64,000 nucleotides of DNA from NCBI RefSeq assembly GCF_001194135.2, contig NC_068987.1, positions 96,964,166 through 97,028,165 on the forward strand, given 5' to 3'. Shown one piece after another: positions 38,477-51,187 of this stretch; the stretch's first letter is position 1; each line of letters starts with the position of its first letter. The notes beneath the pieces are model-generated. The model made no database searches and was not told where the DNA came from. It worked only from the letters and a program-made list of their open reading frames with translations. The DNA comes from Octopus bimaculoides (lineage: Eukaryota). Made by a program: the position numbers and the translations under genes.

Positions 38477-38858
38477 GTGGAGGCGCAATGGCCCAGTGGT
38501 TAGGGCAGCGGACTCGCGGTCATAGGATCGCGGTTTCGATTCCCAGACCGGGCGTTGTGAATGTTTATTGAGCGAAAACACCTAAAGCTTCACGAGGCTC
38601 CGGCAGGGGATGGTGGCGAACCCTGCTGTACTCTTTCACCACCACTTTCTCTCACTCTTACTTCCTGTCTCTGTTGTGCCTGTAATTCAAAGGGTCAGCC
38701 TTGTCATACTGTGTCACGCTGAATATCCCCGAGAACTACGTTAAGGGTACACGTGTCTGTGGAGTGCTCAGCCACTTGCACGTTAATTTCACGAGCAGGC
38801 TGTTTCGCTGATCGGATCAACTGGAACCCTCGACGTCGTAAGCGACGGAGTGCCAACA
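38477..38858 (+). mobile_element. SINE family A, full length
   Basis: TSD ACCTCAATCTCTC at 38464-38476 and 38859-38871. Confidence 0.95.
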
Positions 38859-40861
38859 ACCTCAATCTCTCACAAAAGAAATTTCTCTTTTTTTCCTTTA
38901 CCATTTTTATCTTTCTGGTTACTTTCCTGTCACACACGCGCAACTAATTCTATGCCATTTTCTGTCATTATCCACTGTCCGCATTTTCATTAACTAAGGA
39001 CGAAAAATTATTTTACTCACTCTGTTAAGGGCTTGTGTTCTTAAAAGATAGAATTTTTCTCCTTATGGTATACAAACCCAGAATCATTTACACATTACCT
39101 ACACAAACACACAACAGGCACACACACACGCACGCACACACACACACACACGCACACGCACGTACATGTATGCGCACACATACATGCACATGTATATATG
39201 TGCATACAATTTTTGCTGGCACAGATCACGGCTCGTCTCGGATTCTGTTTATTTATTCATACAGTTATTCTTAGATACATACATACACGCATACACACAG
39301 ATATATACATAAATGCACATATGCATGCATGCATACATACATACATGCATACATACATACATGCATACATACAGACAGACAGATATACATACATACATAC
39401 GTACATAATACTCACATACGTGTATATACATGCATTTATGTGTATGCGCATGTGTATACGTGTGTGTATTAGTGTGTGAGTAATATAAGAGAATTAGTTA
39501 TATGTATTTATTAAGTATACGCATACAGCCTCTCACACACACACACACACACACACACGCACGCACCAGAATGTTTTGAAAGTGAGGTCTGAGACGAAAG
39601 AGATTGTTTCTTGTTTGTTTAGGCCAGTTTTATCTGCAAAGCTGATCGCAGTTATGATATTAGTGTTCCCTATTTACGACAGGCCGTCTGACCTAACATA
39701 AATAAACACCTTCTAATTTTGAATCTTATTCAAAACTGAGCCTGTTATTGCATCACCAGCCCATAAACGACGACGAACCAATAAAAAAAAAAGACCCACA
39801 AGGACTACGTGGTAGACCGTAGACCGACCTGTTAGAAATAGCAGTTAACTCTTTCTCAGATTACACTATGCTGTCCCAAATATATTAAGGAGACACAGTC
39901 TGGTGTTACACAATGCCTACACAAAGAGGGAAATGACATGGTTGTCTTGTCTCTAATCATAGGTTCGTTTGAGCTGGGTTGACATGTGTCTAAATAACAG
40001 TAATAACAACAACACCAGCGACACCAGTTGTTCAATATCCTGCTTTTCAGAAAACTTATTCAAGGGGTGCAATTAGCACATACACACACACACACGCACA
40101 CACATACGCACACACACACACACAAACACACACATACACACACACACACACACACGCACACACGTACGCAAGCATTCACTCTTACAGAAGACACACACAT
40201 ACACATACATTTATGAAAACATACACACACGTCTCGCTTGAGCAGACGCTCACACATGCATGCACATGAAACTGCACATGTAGGTCGCACACACACACCC
40301 ATAAAGACACCTATAAATATACACAACACACACACACATACACATACACTCACGTATGTAATGCAACAGGTACATAAAATAAAAAACAAAAACACACGCA
40401 CAGTCACGAATGGCCACGTCATTCTTAACATTTGAAACTAAGAAAGACCTTTATTTGCATTCTGAAGTATTGATCCGTGTCAGTATTGTGACTCATAAAC
40501 TAGTTCTGAAAAGTCGTTGCAGTGACTAAATGTGTAGAGGCACGGATAACGTTTTCTGAAGTATTTAGTTTCGTCTTCTTTGTTCTGAATTTAAGTGGCG
40601 CCAAAGTAGACTTAGCTTTTCATACGTTCCTGTATAGACAATACTAAGGACTAATGGTTGGTCTTAATTATATTCAGTCTTCGAAATTTTATAAAATTTC
40701 TGATCGTGTACCAATGTTAGAAATCAAAAGGAACAGAGTCTTGTGGTTCAAACAGTCAGGGGAAAACTGTGGGCCCTGGGACTTTCTGAATGGTACGCTT
40801 AACGAAAAATTGCCTTGAATTCTTTTAGTAGTGCAGACCGCCTGGTGATGAGCCGTGTCTC

Positions 40862-41030
40862 TTAATCCTTTAGCATTCAAACAGGCCATGTCGGACTCAA
40901 GTATTTGATCTATTTTTATGTTCAAACTAGCCAGATCTGGCCTCTCACGCCTACCCTACAATGCCACTATAAACATGAACAATCACGTCATCAAAATCAC
41001 GCAGCTATGAGATAATTCATGATTAATTCG
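40862..41030 (+). mobile_element. Possible piggyBac-type MITE end fragment
   Basis: Begins TTAA-TCCTTTAGCATT, resembling TTAA|CCCTT termini. Shares catgattaattc with 50895-50965. Confidence 0.35.
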
Positions 41031-41039
41031 GTCATGAGT

Positions 41040-41130
41040 TCAATTTCTGAACCGAGCAGCGAGTTGTGTCCTTGAGCGATGCCCTTCATTTCACCTTATT
41101 CCAGACTATTCAATTGTAGATGAATAGAAG
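41040..41130 (+). mobile_element. Degenerate CORE-like SINE fragment
   Basis: gttgtgtccttgagcgatgcccttcatttcacc; a homologous copy with a tRNA-like head lies at about 43880-44030. Confidence 0.5.
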
Positions 41131-41246
41131 CCGGGTACTTTTGTAGCTCTGTCTTTATGTTTCCTGCTGTCATGCCCTATATGTTCAGCTGAATCATGGA
41201 AAGGCATCCGACACGGTGTTTTATATCAGCAACTACATAGGCATCT

Positions 41247-41629
41247 GGGAGGCGCAATGGCCCAGTGGTTAGGGCAGCGGACTCGCGGTCATAGGATCGC
41301 GGTTTCGATTCCCAGACCGGGCGTTGTGAGTGTTTATTGAGCGAAAACACCTAAAGCTCCACGAGGCTCCGGCAAGGGATGGTGGCGAACCATGCTGTAC
41401 TCTTCCACCACAACTTTCTCTCCCTCTTTCTTCCTGTTTCTGTTGTGCCTGTAATTCAAAGGGTCAGCCTTGTCACGCTGTGTCACGCTGAATATCCCCG
41501 AGAACTACGTTAAGGGTACACGTGTCTGTGGAGTGCTCAGCCACTTGCACGTTAATTTCCCGAGCAGGCTGTTCCGCTGATCGGATCAACTGGAACCCTC
41601 GACGTCGTAAGCGACGGAGTGCCAGAAGA
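41247..41629 (+). mobile_element. SINE family A, full length
   Basis: TSD ACATAGGCATCT at 41235-41246 and 41630-41641. Tail variant GCCAGAAGA. Confidence 0.95.
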
Positions 41630-41882
41630 ACATAGGCATCTAAAACAATTACCCAAAACATAATATATATTATCAACAAAAACATGTTCGCGAGTAACGG
41701 CTGTACTTTTTTATACTTATTCATTGCTTAGTCGAGGCAGGAAAGCCTTTGCCTATAACCCTTTTCTTCAAGGCCGCCAAAACTAGTGATAGGGAGGGAG
41801 AAAGGTGTCCTCAAATCGGAAAGTGAACTTCGCCATAAACACCCAAGGACCAAGCAACAGAGTTAAGTTGGGAGATCACCAC

Positions 41883-42041
41883 CAACAATACTGCTATTAT
41901 AACCACCATCATACGACCAAAGGAAAACCAGTAACCACACGAAGTTTGCTTGGGAATGAGAGCGGTTATTAGGTATCTTACAGGACGAAGCACAACACCT
42001 ATCAAGGAAGGTTAATAAACTCAGGTAGATCATCGGTCATC
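41883..42041. repeat. Unclassified ~158-bp dispersed repeat H, copy 1
   Basis: Direct repeat of 47547-47704, about 90% identical by eye. Confidence 0.85.
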
Positions 42042-42636
42042 TCAACCAATCCGATAATAATTCAGGTAATGCACCGCCCTGCAGTGGCACTTTTATGTGG
42101 ACCCTGGAAGGATGAAAGAAACATTTGACCTTTGCATGATTTGAAATTAGGAGTGCAAATAGCCCGAGGGTATTTTGCTTTTCGCTCGAACGACTTTACC
42201 AATTCACCGTCTGGAGTCGTACAAAAATACCCTGCAGATCAGTTAACTTCTTCATAAGATCTACTGTGGTTTCAGTTCCTCTAAGTACGCAAAACTTCAT
42301 TTTTTTCCATGCTTGGGGGTAGGGGTAGGGGTAGGGTTGGGGAGTGGAAGTGGGGGTAAATTTGATAGTCAAAGTAGGAAGAGAAGTGATCTTCATCTTT
42401 GTAGGCCTTACTAGAGTGCAGTTAATGTTCAATTTACACTTCCGGAGAACGGTGCCTGTACGAAAATGGTAGCAAGAAGGGAATTCGTGATTGTGGAATT
42501 TTCAGGGAAGGAATGAATGCGAAAAGGTCCAAGGTTCGCTCAAACTGCGCGGCGCCTTAAAAAAAGTGTCATTCACTAGATTGGCCTGTATTTTGTGTGG
42601 GGGATTGGGTAGGTGGAAACTACACAGCAGCCCAAC

Positions 42637-42688
<52 letters not shown>

Positions 42689-43879
42689 GATTACTATACA
42701 TCCCGGTTTGTAAGGTTTGTCACGATGTCTCGTCCAGCTAGCAAATTTGTCCAATCTGATACTAACATTTTTCGGAACGTCACCTTTATAGATCAAAGAC
42801 TTAAATTCTAACACGGAAAACTTTAAAACGTTGAAATTGGCAAGGAGTCCTAATTCTACAAACAAAGAACTTATTCATGTCATAGCTCAGTCTAAGCCTA
42901 GAGTTGTGTGTCTTTACCAGAAGCCCAGTGGGCTGTGTGATGTACCTATGTCATAGTAGCATTGTTGTGTCACAAGCAGGTATTATAGTTTAAAGACATT
43001 TCGCATACCTTTGAATCCGGGATTAAAGATATCATATTCCTATTATTCAGAATATGTTGTACAATGGACATAAATTAATGATTTTCCTACATTATTTCTT
43101 ATAAACAATGAATAGGTACCTAAACATGATCTAGCAGTCTCACTGGTTGATGTTCAGAATCAGAATCTTATTATATAAATTGCACATAAAAAAACTTAGG
43201 TTACTCAAGTTCTTCATACAAGCATGGAAACTTCTGATATCTAAATTTGAAGATTGTGTGTGCGTGTGTGTGTATGTAGTATGTATATGTATGTATGCGT
43301 GCGTGTGTATGTATTATGTATATCTGTACGTATGCGTGTGTGCATGCTCTTATATCTTTCACTGGTGTATATTGGCGAAGGTAAACAAACAAAGCCATAA
43401 AACCGGTGTTATTCGAACGAAATATATTGCACCGAGGCGTTCTCTTGTCACTCACGCCATTAAAAATACAGTGAACTTGTAATTGACCCTTTGGAAACCT
43501 TTAATCAAAGCAACTATTGTCCACAAATTGTGATATAGAATATATAAATAATAAGTGATTTGCGAGAGATCTAGTAGAAAAGACGAGACATAGTAATGAC
43601 AGCACGAAGGGGCATGACGGCTTCATGCCAGCTCTGCTTAAACCGGTTGATTTCTCATGACTATCCAACCTCACTAGTGTACTCTGTCTCCTCTTCCAAA
43701 TGACCATTTAAAGTATTTCCTAATCTGTCCTCCTTAATACTACAATCCACTGTAGTCTCTCCTGCTTTATACAACCGAACCATTAACTATAAAGCAATAA
43801 AGCGGTTTCCATAAACGTGTCCAAATGCTTGGTGTTTAAACTATGATTTGACGTGTCTTCACTTGACTGTTTAACTGAA

Positions 43880-44030
43880 AGCACGTGGTCGAGTGGACTA
43901 GTAGTGTGGGTATCTGAGTCATGATCATAAACTCCCGAGTTCAATTCATGGACTAGACAGTGCGCTGTGTCCTTAAGCAAAGCTTTTCTTTTCATGTTGC
44001 ACCAGTCTACTCAGCTTTAATGCGTATCAG
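43880..44030 (+). mobile_element. Degenerate tRNA-derived CORE-like SINE
   Basis: Head gcacgtggtcgagtgg...gagttcaattc, then gctgtgtccttaagcaaagc. Confidence 0.55.
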
Positions 44031-44985
44031 CAAGGCGAGGGTGTACCTATGTATCTCTTTCCTCTCTTTCTCTATTTCTCCTTCTCCTCTCTCTTGTACG
44101 TGTCCCTCTATTTCATCCTAGATGTTCTACTGGGTCATGGATGAGGCAAAGGAACGACAGTGTGTCTATGTCTGCTGGCGACTATATAGCCAGCTAAAAT
44201 TATTAGCGAAGGCATGGTACAAGTTACAAAGTCACACTCACTTGCAAGTGACAGCTGTACTTCGTACAACTGATTACTTAAACGTTATTACAGTCACCGA
44301 AGGAACCTGTACTTGGACGCTCAATCTGCAGACATGGCAACAAAGTATCCTCAAACCACATCTTGCCTTAGAGAAAACTAGGGTTACATTGGAAAATATA
44401 GTCCAACGTAACACTAAGCTAAAAAATAGTAAAACAAAAGACGGGATGGTCAAGACTGGAATGCATTTGATCATAGGCTTCGTCAGACAGAGCTGGCTTG
44501 GGGCTAAACATCAACAATTTAGAGATTAGTAAGTTGCCAACTATTTTTCTTTCTGTATAATCTTACTATACAGGGTAATATCTTCGGTATGCCATATTAA
44601 TATTTTATCAGATTACTAATCCAAACCCCACTAATATTTATCATATTCACCAAAACCTTGAAGAAGCCATGTTATCTTGAAGCTATTAAAAACTTACTTT
44701 ATTATGCTGAAACGGAGAAGTTTGAAATGTTATCTAACCACTTCAGGTTGCAGATATGAAGCAACCATCCCAAGCATTAATGGTGATGTTTAAGGCAAGA
44801 AGAAAAAAAAAGGTTCGGCGTTCTAATCTACTTAAGAGTGTTCGTTCTTCCAATGTAATTAATCAAATGTTACATTTAGCCTTCATGTTGATTAATGACT
44901 TCGCATATTATTGATACATTTTCCAGGAATATGTGCAGCCAGTTTAACTGACGATATCATTTCTCAACTAATATATATTTTATTA

Positions 44986-45430
44986 GGCGGAGACGTGGTA
45001 GAAACGTTAGCGCGCCGGGAAATGCTTAGCGGTATTTCGTCTGTCTTTATGTTCTGAGTTCAAATTCCGCCGAGGTCGACTTTGCCTTTCAGAGTCGATT
45101 AAATAAGTACCAGTTATGCACTGGGGTCGATGTAATCGACGTAATCCCTTTGTTTGTCGTCTTTATGTTTAGTCCTCTGTGGGCAATAAAGAAACAAATA
45201 TATATTTTAATAGGTAGCGAGCTGGCAGAAACGTTAGCACGCCAGGCGAAATGCTTAGCGGTATTTCGCCTGTCTTTACGTTGTGAGTTCAAATTCCACC
45301 GAGGTCGACTTTACTTTTAATCCTTTCGGGGTTGATGAATTAAGTACCAGTTGCGTACTGGGGTCGATCTAATCGAATGACCTCTTCCCGCCAAATTTCG
45401 GGCCTTGTGCCTAGAGTAAAAAAGAATATA
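44986..45430 (+). mobile_element. Two head-to-tail SINE family C copies
   Basis: About 44986-45195 and 45212-45430; A-box-like TGGCAGAAACGTTAG and B-box-like GAGTTCAAATTCC. Confidence 0.88.
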
Positions 45431-45436
45431 TATTTT

Positions 45437-46004
45437 GGATCTTTTTTAAAACGGGGGCCACATTTTTCATTAACGAAACACTTTGAAACTTGGAACACTG
45501 GTAAAATGTGTCATATAAAACATCTTTTTCTCTTAGTCTTCTTAAAAAAAAAGAAATCCCTAAGTTATTCCATGTTAAAGTTGTCATATTTCTGTAATTT
45601 CAACCAATCACTGACGTCCATTCAGCCGATATACATTAAGTGCCGACTACATAAACAAACGATTCTGAAACAATTCTATCGGTGATAGGGTTAGGGTTAG
45701 GGTTAGGGTAAAACAGCAAATTTAAAAAGAAAAAAGCAAATAAAACGAAGCTATGGAAATTAAATACGCTTTACACCGCTTAATCAGCCAAAGGAATAAA
45801 TGTAAACAACTGAATACTTGTCAGTGATTGGTTGAAATTATCGAAATAAGACAATTTTTTACATGAAATAAATTCGAATACAAACATTTTTTTCTGTTCT
45901 ATAACACAAAATAGATAAGTATACGAAGTTTGAAAGTCTTTCGGTACCAAAAACACTACGTAAGACATTAATGAAAAATGTGGCCCCCGTTTTAAAAAAG
46001 ATCC
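45437..46004. mobile_element. MITE with perfect 37-bp TIRs, nested 21-bp inverted repeat and internal (TTAGGG)n
   Basis: TIR GGATCTTTTTTAAAACGGGGGCCACATTTTTCATTAA at 45437-45473 / 45968-46004. Inner IR 45595-45615 / 45820-45840. TAGGG(TTAGGG)3 at 45686-45708. Confidence 0.9.
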
Positions 46005-46194
46005 TCTATTTTATTAGCGATGAAAGGTAAAGTCAAACTATGGCGTGATTTAATTCAGTTTGTTGAATGTCTTTACCGAATACCGTTGCATATTTTATCT
46101 TCAGACCCACTAAATGCCACAGGGGTTGTTTTCCTTCTTAACTAAAGAATGTAAATAAAAAATTGTGAAGCGCCATTATTATTCCACCTCGTAG

Positions 46195-46395
46195 CGGCGA
46201 GCTGGCAGAATCATTAGCACGCTGGGCTTAGCGACATTTCAGCCGTATTTCCGTACTGGGTTCAAATTCCGCTGAGGCGACTTTGCCTTTCGTCATTTGA
46301 GGAGCGACGAAGTAAGTACCAGTTCAGCATTGGGGTCGATGTAATTGACTTACCCCTTCCAGGAAATTGTTGGTCTTGTGCCTACATTTGAAATC
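46195..46395 (+). mobile_element. SINE family C
   Basis: gcggcgagctggcagaatc...ggttcaaattccgctgaggcgactttgcc. Confidence 0.8.
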
Positions 46396-46487
46396 GCTAT
46401 TATTCCACCATTGATTTCAACGTTTCAAAGTACTCAGTATGTAACTAAGGACTTGTTCTCTTGTGTTGTATTACAGTGATGCATGTT

Positions 46488-46528
<41 letters not shown>

Positions 46529-47332
46529 ATATAGGATAAATTCTTTATANNNNNNNNNNNNNNNNNNNNNNNNNNNNNNNNNNNNNNNNNNNNNNNNNNN
46601 NNNNNNNNNNNNNNNNNNNNNNNNNNNNNNNNNNNNNNNNNNNNNNNNNNNNNNNNNNNNNNNNNNNNNNNNNNNNNNNNNNNNNNNNNNNNNNNNNNNN
46701 NNNNNNNNNNNNNNNNNNNNNNNNNNNNNNNNNNNNNNNNNNNNNNNNNNNNNNNNNNNNNNNNNNNNNNNNNNNNNNNNNNNNNNNNNNNNNNNNNNNN
46801 NNNNNNNNNNNNNNNNNNNNNNNNNNNNNNNNNNNNNNNNNNNNNNNNNNNNNNNNNNNNNNNNNNNNNNNNNNNNNNNNNNNNNNNNNNNNNNNNNNNN
46901 NNNNNNNNNNNNNNNNNNNNNNNNNNNNNNNNNNNNNNNNNNNNNNNNNNNNNNNNNNNNNNNNNNNNNNNNNNNNNNNNNNNNNNNNNNNNNNNNNNNN
47001 NNNNNNNNNNNNNNNNNNNNNNNNNNNNNNNNNNNNNNNNNNNNNNNNNNNNNNNNNNNNNNNNNNNNNNNNNNNNNTATAGAAAGATATATGAGATTAT
47101 GTATAGGAGAGAATTAACGAAGCAAAACATCAATAAAATATATAGAAAGTATGAAACAACAGAAAATAAGACAGGAAAAAGAAATTAAAGAATAAAAATA
47201 TAACAAAAGCGGAACAGTCACATTTTCACATTCGTGCTTTATCGTTTTGTTTTCATTGCTGGATCAAGAATTAAAGGCGGGATTATCTTATCTTTCCATT
47301 GCTGCTGCTGTTGTTGTTGCTGTTGTTGCCAT

Positions 47333-47404
<72 letters not shown>

Positions 47405-47506
47405 TACTACTACTACTACAGTCACCACCACACGCTACCACATGTCAGCAACATTAAGCACCACCGTCATCGAAGCCTTCAACCATCACCTCCTCCTCCT
47501 CCTCTT

Positions 47507-47546
<40 letters not shown>

Positions 47547-47553
<7 letters not shown>

Positions 47554-47704
47554 ACTGTTATTACAGCCACCATCATACGACCATAGGAAACCAGTAATCA
47601 CACGAAGTTTGCTTGGGAAGGAGAGCGGTTATTAGATATATTGCAGGACGAAGCACAACACCTATCAAGGAAGGCTAATAAACTCAGGTAGATCATCGGT
47701 CATC
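47547..47704. repeat. Unclassified repeat H, copy 2
   Basis: Follows a (CAA)n run; ends at the same GGTCATC boundary as copy 1. Confidence 0.85.
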
Positions 47705-47725
47705 CAAGAGCTCTGTGGAAATTCC

Positions 47726-47917
47726 TCAAATGGACGGAGAGGCATCACTTTTATGGTTATGTAACAGCAAGTCACTGCAGTGAATCAATATATATCCGCT
47801 TTTTCTTGCTCGCTGTGTATACCACAGCCCACTGAGAGAACATGAGAAGTCACTGAAAAAGTTATTAGGATTTAAATCTCCTGCAAGCAATCCTATAAAA
47901 TAATATCTTCCAGTCAA
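47726..47917 (-). pseudogene. Possible LINE APE-endonuclease remnant
   Basis: ORF-track peptide contains LLAGDLN and RKSGYIL, reminiscent of the GDFN and PTxxSGxILD motifs. Weak. Confidence 0.3.
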
Positions 47918-48527
47918 AATTAGATCGGATTGATCGGTTCCGAGGATACCATGGAATTTACTAGTTGTCCTCCGTTCTGAACAGCAGCAAGAAATTTACT
48001 AGAATGCGAGAATGCGAGCCTTTATATGGCCGAATGAAATGCTAGAACCTTACTAGACAGAGCAAAGACAGATCGATGAGAAATGCACATCGTACTTACG
48101 GCCCTGGAGCTGTAAAGAAACGACGTTGATAAAGTTATATTTTATAGTTATCATTTGTGAGACGAAATTGCCAGAATATGGCAATATCAAGTACTCCATT
48201 GTAGTGACAGAGCAAAGAGTAGTGACATATGATCAGTGTTAGCTTTACCGTGAAAAACATAACAGTATTATAGCCAAACCAGATATTAGCAAGTGAATTA
48301 CAACTTTGAGTGATCAACTGTGAAAGGATGCTGTGTCACCTTGATCGGTTCATCATTGTAGCTCCTACAATGATGAACTGTGGTGGTGCAAACGAGTTCT
48401 ACAATACTCTGCAAATGATCATATGATGTAAGATTCCAAGAGGAGACAAGCTGATAATAATGAGCGATTTCTATACACGTGCTGGTCAAGAAGCTCAGAG
48501 GCGGTCATATGTTATTAGCAAACACAG

Positions 48528-49138
48528 TAGCTTGCTTACGAACCACATGGTTCCGGATTCAGTCCCACTGCGTGGCACCTTGGGCAAGTGTCTTCTACTA
48601 TAGCCTCGGGCCGACCAAAGCCTTGTGAGTGGATTTGGTAGACGGAAACTGAAAGAAGCCCGTCGTATATATATATATATATATGTGTGTATGTAATTGT
48701 CAGTCTGTGTTTGTCNNNNNNNNNNNNNNNNNNNNNNNNNNNNNNNNNNNNNNNNNNNNNNNNNNNNNNNNNNNNNNNNNNNNNNNNNNNNNNNNNNNNN
48801 NNNNNNNNNNNNNNNNNNNNNNNNNNNNNNNNNNNNNNNNNNNNNNNNNNNNNNNNNNNNNNNNNNNNNNNNNNNNNNNNNNNNNNNNNNNNNNNNNNNN
48901 NNNNNNNNNNNNNNNNNNNNNNNNNNNNNNNNNNNNNNNNNNNCCTCCCCATCCCCCCAACATCGCTTGACAACCGATGCTGGTGTGTTTATGTCCCCGT
49001 AACTTAGCGGTTCGGCAAAAGAGACCGATAGAATGAGTACTAGGCTTACAAAGAATAAGCCCTGGAGTCGATTTGCTCGACTAAAAGGCGCTGCTCCAGC
49101 ATGGCCACAGTCAAATGACTGAAACAAGTAAAAGAGTA
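48528..49138 (+). mobile_element. SINE family B, well conserved, gap in the microsatellite slot
   Basis: Left arm 48528-48667, microsatellite and gap to 48943, right arm to the AAAAGAGTA tail. Confidence 0.9.
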
Positions 49139-49279
49139 TAGTAAGGAGATGTAACACAAATGGAGGACTTCTCACTTCATGCCTCATCTTTAGTAACATC
49201 ATCTTCAAGTAGAAGGAAAAACGGAAGAGGTATTGGGTGTGTTGTCAATAAAAACATTGTCACCTCTCAGACTACATCA

Positions 49280-49460
49280 TTACTAGGTAGGATTGAGGTG
49301 ATGTAGAAGGGATACTGTAGCATGGACCATCAAAAGTTCCCATCGAAAATAATCTTCAAGGTAGTCTCCAAGTAGAAAAAGACCAGGCCGTCTCAGCCCA
49401 TTAAGTAGGCAACAGGAACACTGCTGGATAGAAATGTAAAGGATATTCAGAGAAGATATA
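49280..49460 (+). pseudogene. Possible RTE-type LINE C-terminal remnant
   Basis: Frameshifted pieces LR*..., MDHQKFPSKIIF and RKRPGR..CW resemble RLRWxGHVxRM..PKxI..RxxGRP..W. Confidence 0.3.
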
Positions 49461-49601
49461 TGAATGAAGTTCCAGAGACGTGAGGAAAAAAAAGAAAAAG
49501 AAAACAAACAACAAAAACCAGGACGCATAAATACAAGAAGGTCCTCGCTTCGCACCTCAGAAAATGATTCAGGAAGAACAGTACTTTTGAACCCAACAAA
49601 G

Positions 49602-49671
<70 letters not shown>

Positions 49672-49904
49672 GAAAACGCAGATTCACGCCTATATACACG
49701 AACATACATACACAAGACAAAAATGAGATTTAACTTATCTAGACAACAGAGACGAAAAGTATATTACAAGATTAAATCCTTGACCTATTGAAGTTTTCTT
49801 CGACATAAAAAATAAACAAACACCAAATAGGAATTGAGACCGGCACAAAATATGAGGGGCTGGTTATCTCAAGAATCAAGAATTCTCCGAAATTGACATG
49901 CGAT

Positions 49905-50690
49905 TAAAGGCTTCCTAGATCTTGTGTTAGACCCAGGCACTGGTAAATGTTAAAACAATATTGTACATGACTAAAGACCTAAACCACCACCGTAGTATAA
50001 TTGTTAAAGATGTGGTTAGGAATATCAGCAGAAAAACTTGGAAGACATTTGATAATACCTTAGTCAAGCTGTCAACTATTAGAAATAAGCGAGCTTTGAG
50101 GAAATATCAGTTTCTTAGCAATGTGTGGCAGCACAGCACAGTGAGAAAATATATCACCTGACTTCACTTACATTTGAGAAAGATTATAGTAACTAAAGTA
50201 GATAGGAAGTTCATAATGTTAATCAAAAAGTATATTTCTGCCAGAGGTTTGTACCAATATTAATGTAATGATAAATAACACCTAAGTTGGTTACAACTTC
50301 ACAAAGCATGTGAGCAAGTACGGAACACTCAGGAACGAAGATGAATTTGCAGAGCGAAGAAAACTGTTCGCCTAACAGCAAATATTTATGCAAAGCATTT
50401 TATATAAATTCAATAGAAGATAACTAGTGAGTAACGTGAAAATAGATGTCATAGAGGTATGAACGAAGTTAGTTTCAATAATCGTTTTCTCAACCACGTA
50501 TAGATAATCAAGAATGAAGGGGAAAGAAAAGCGTCAGAGTTTTGTTAAAACATGTACGGAAAATGAGGGAATTCTACGTGTAACATTTCCATATCAAATA
50601 TTATATAACAGAGGAGTCCAACATAGAGTTTATTCCTAAAAACTTTCACGAGAAAAAACATTCTACATTACGCATTATAACAGCATAAAA
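49905..50690 (+). pseudogene. Penelope-like element remnant (RT C-terminus through GIY-YIG)
   Basis: FLDLVLDPGTGKC; YMTKDLNHHRSIIVKDV (SNHPPxII-like); VRKYIT*...TKVDRKFIMLIKKY (RKRNIIWFNPP..NVGRKFL-like); RGMNEVSFNNRFLNH (YIGxTExxFKxRxxNH-like). These appear in the expected order. Confidence 0.65.
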
Positions 50691-50755
50691 TAAATTTTCT
50701 ACATGATACAACCCACCATAGAATAAGAATGTAAGCAAAACGTAACTAGTTTCTT

Positions 50756-50807
<52 letters not shown>

Positions 50808-51187
50808 CACGCTCCCACATATTTATATATATGTCTGTGTGTGTATATATTAATAATAATCTAGTGCTTTGAACGAAAAATTCGTTATGGTGTATACTCC
50901 AATGAATTAACGCATGATTAATTCAAAACGATGTGAATAACTAAACATTATATTTGAGAAAGTAATCGGAATCTGGAATGGATACGTAGTGTTGAGATTT
51001 CCTGAAGATTTTGTTACTAAACATTAGAAACCTGTGAACGACGTTGAGAGATATAAGGAAGAATCAAAGCTGCAGAGTTTGGCTATTGTTACAGCATGAC
51101 ATGAACTCTATAGCAGCTCAACGATCTTTGTATGTATGTAATGTATGTATGTATGTATGTAATGTATGTATGTGTGTTCTGTAGTTA

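Noticed and set aside
44122-44529. 135-aa non-repetitive ORF
   Set aside because: No recognisable motif, and the length is attainable by chance. Left uncalled; a BLASTX or HMMER hit would change this.
44948-45012. CTGACGA-TATC...GGTA-GAAAC-GTT as a hammerhead
   Set aside because: Stem I does not pair, and the GAAACGTT half is simply the SINE C head.
45686-45708. (TTAGGG)n as a chromosome end or fusion scar
   Set aside because: Only 3-4 units, and internal to a TIR element.
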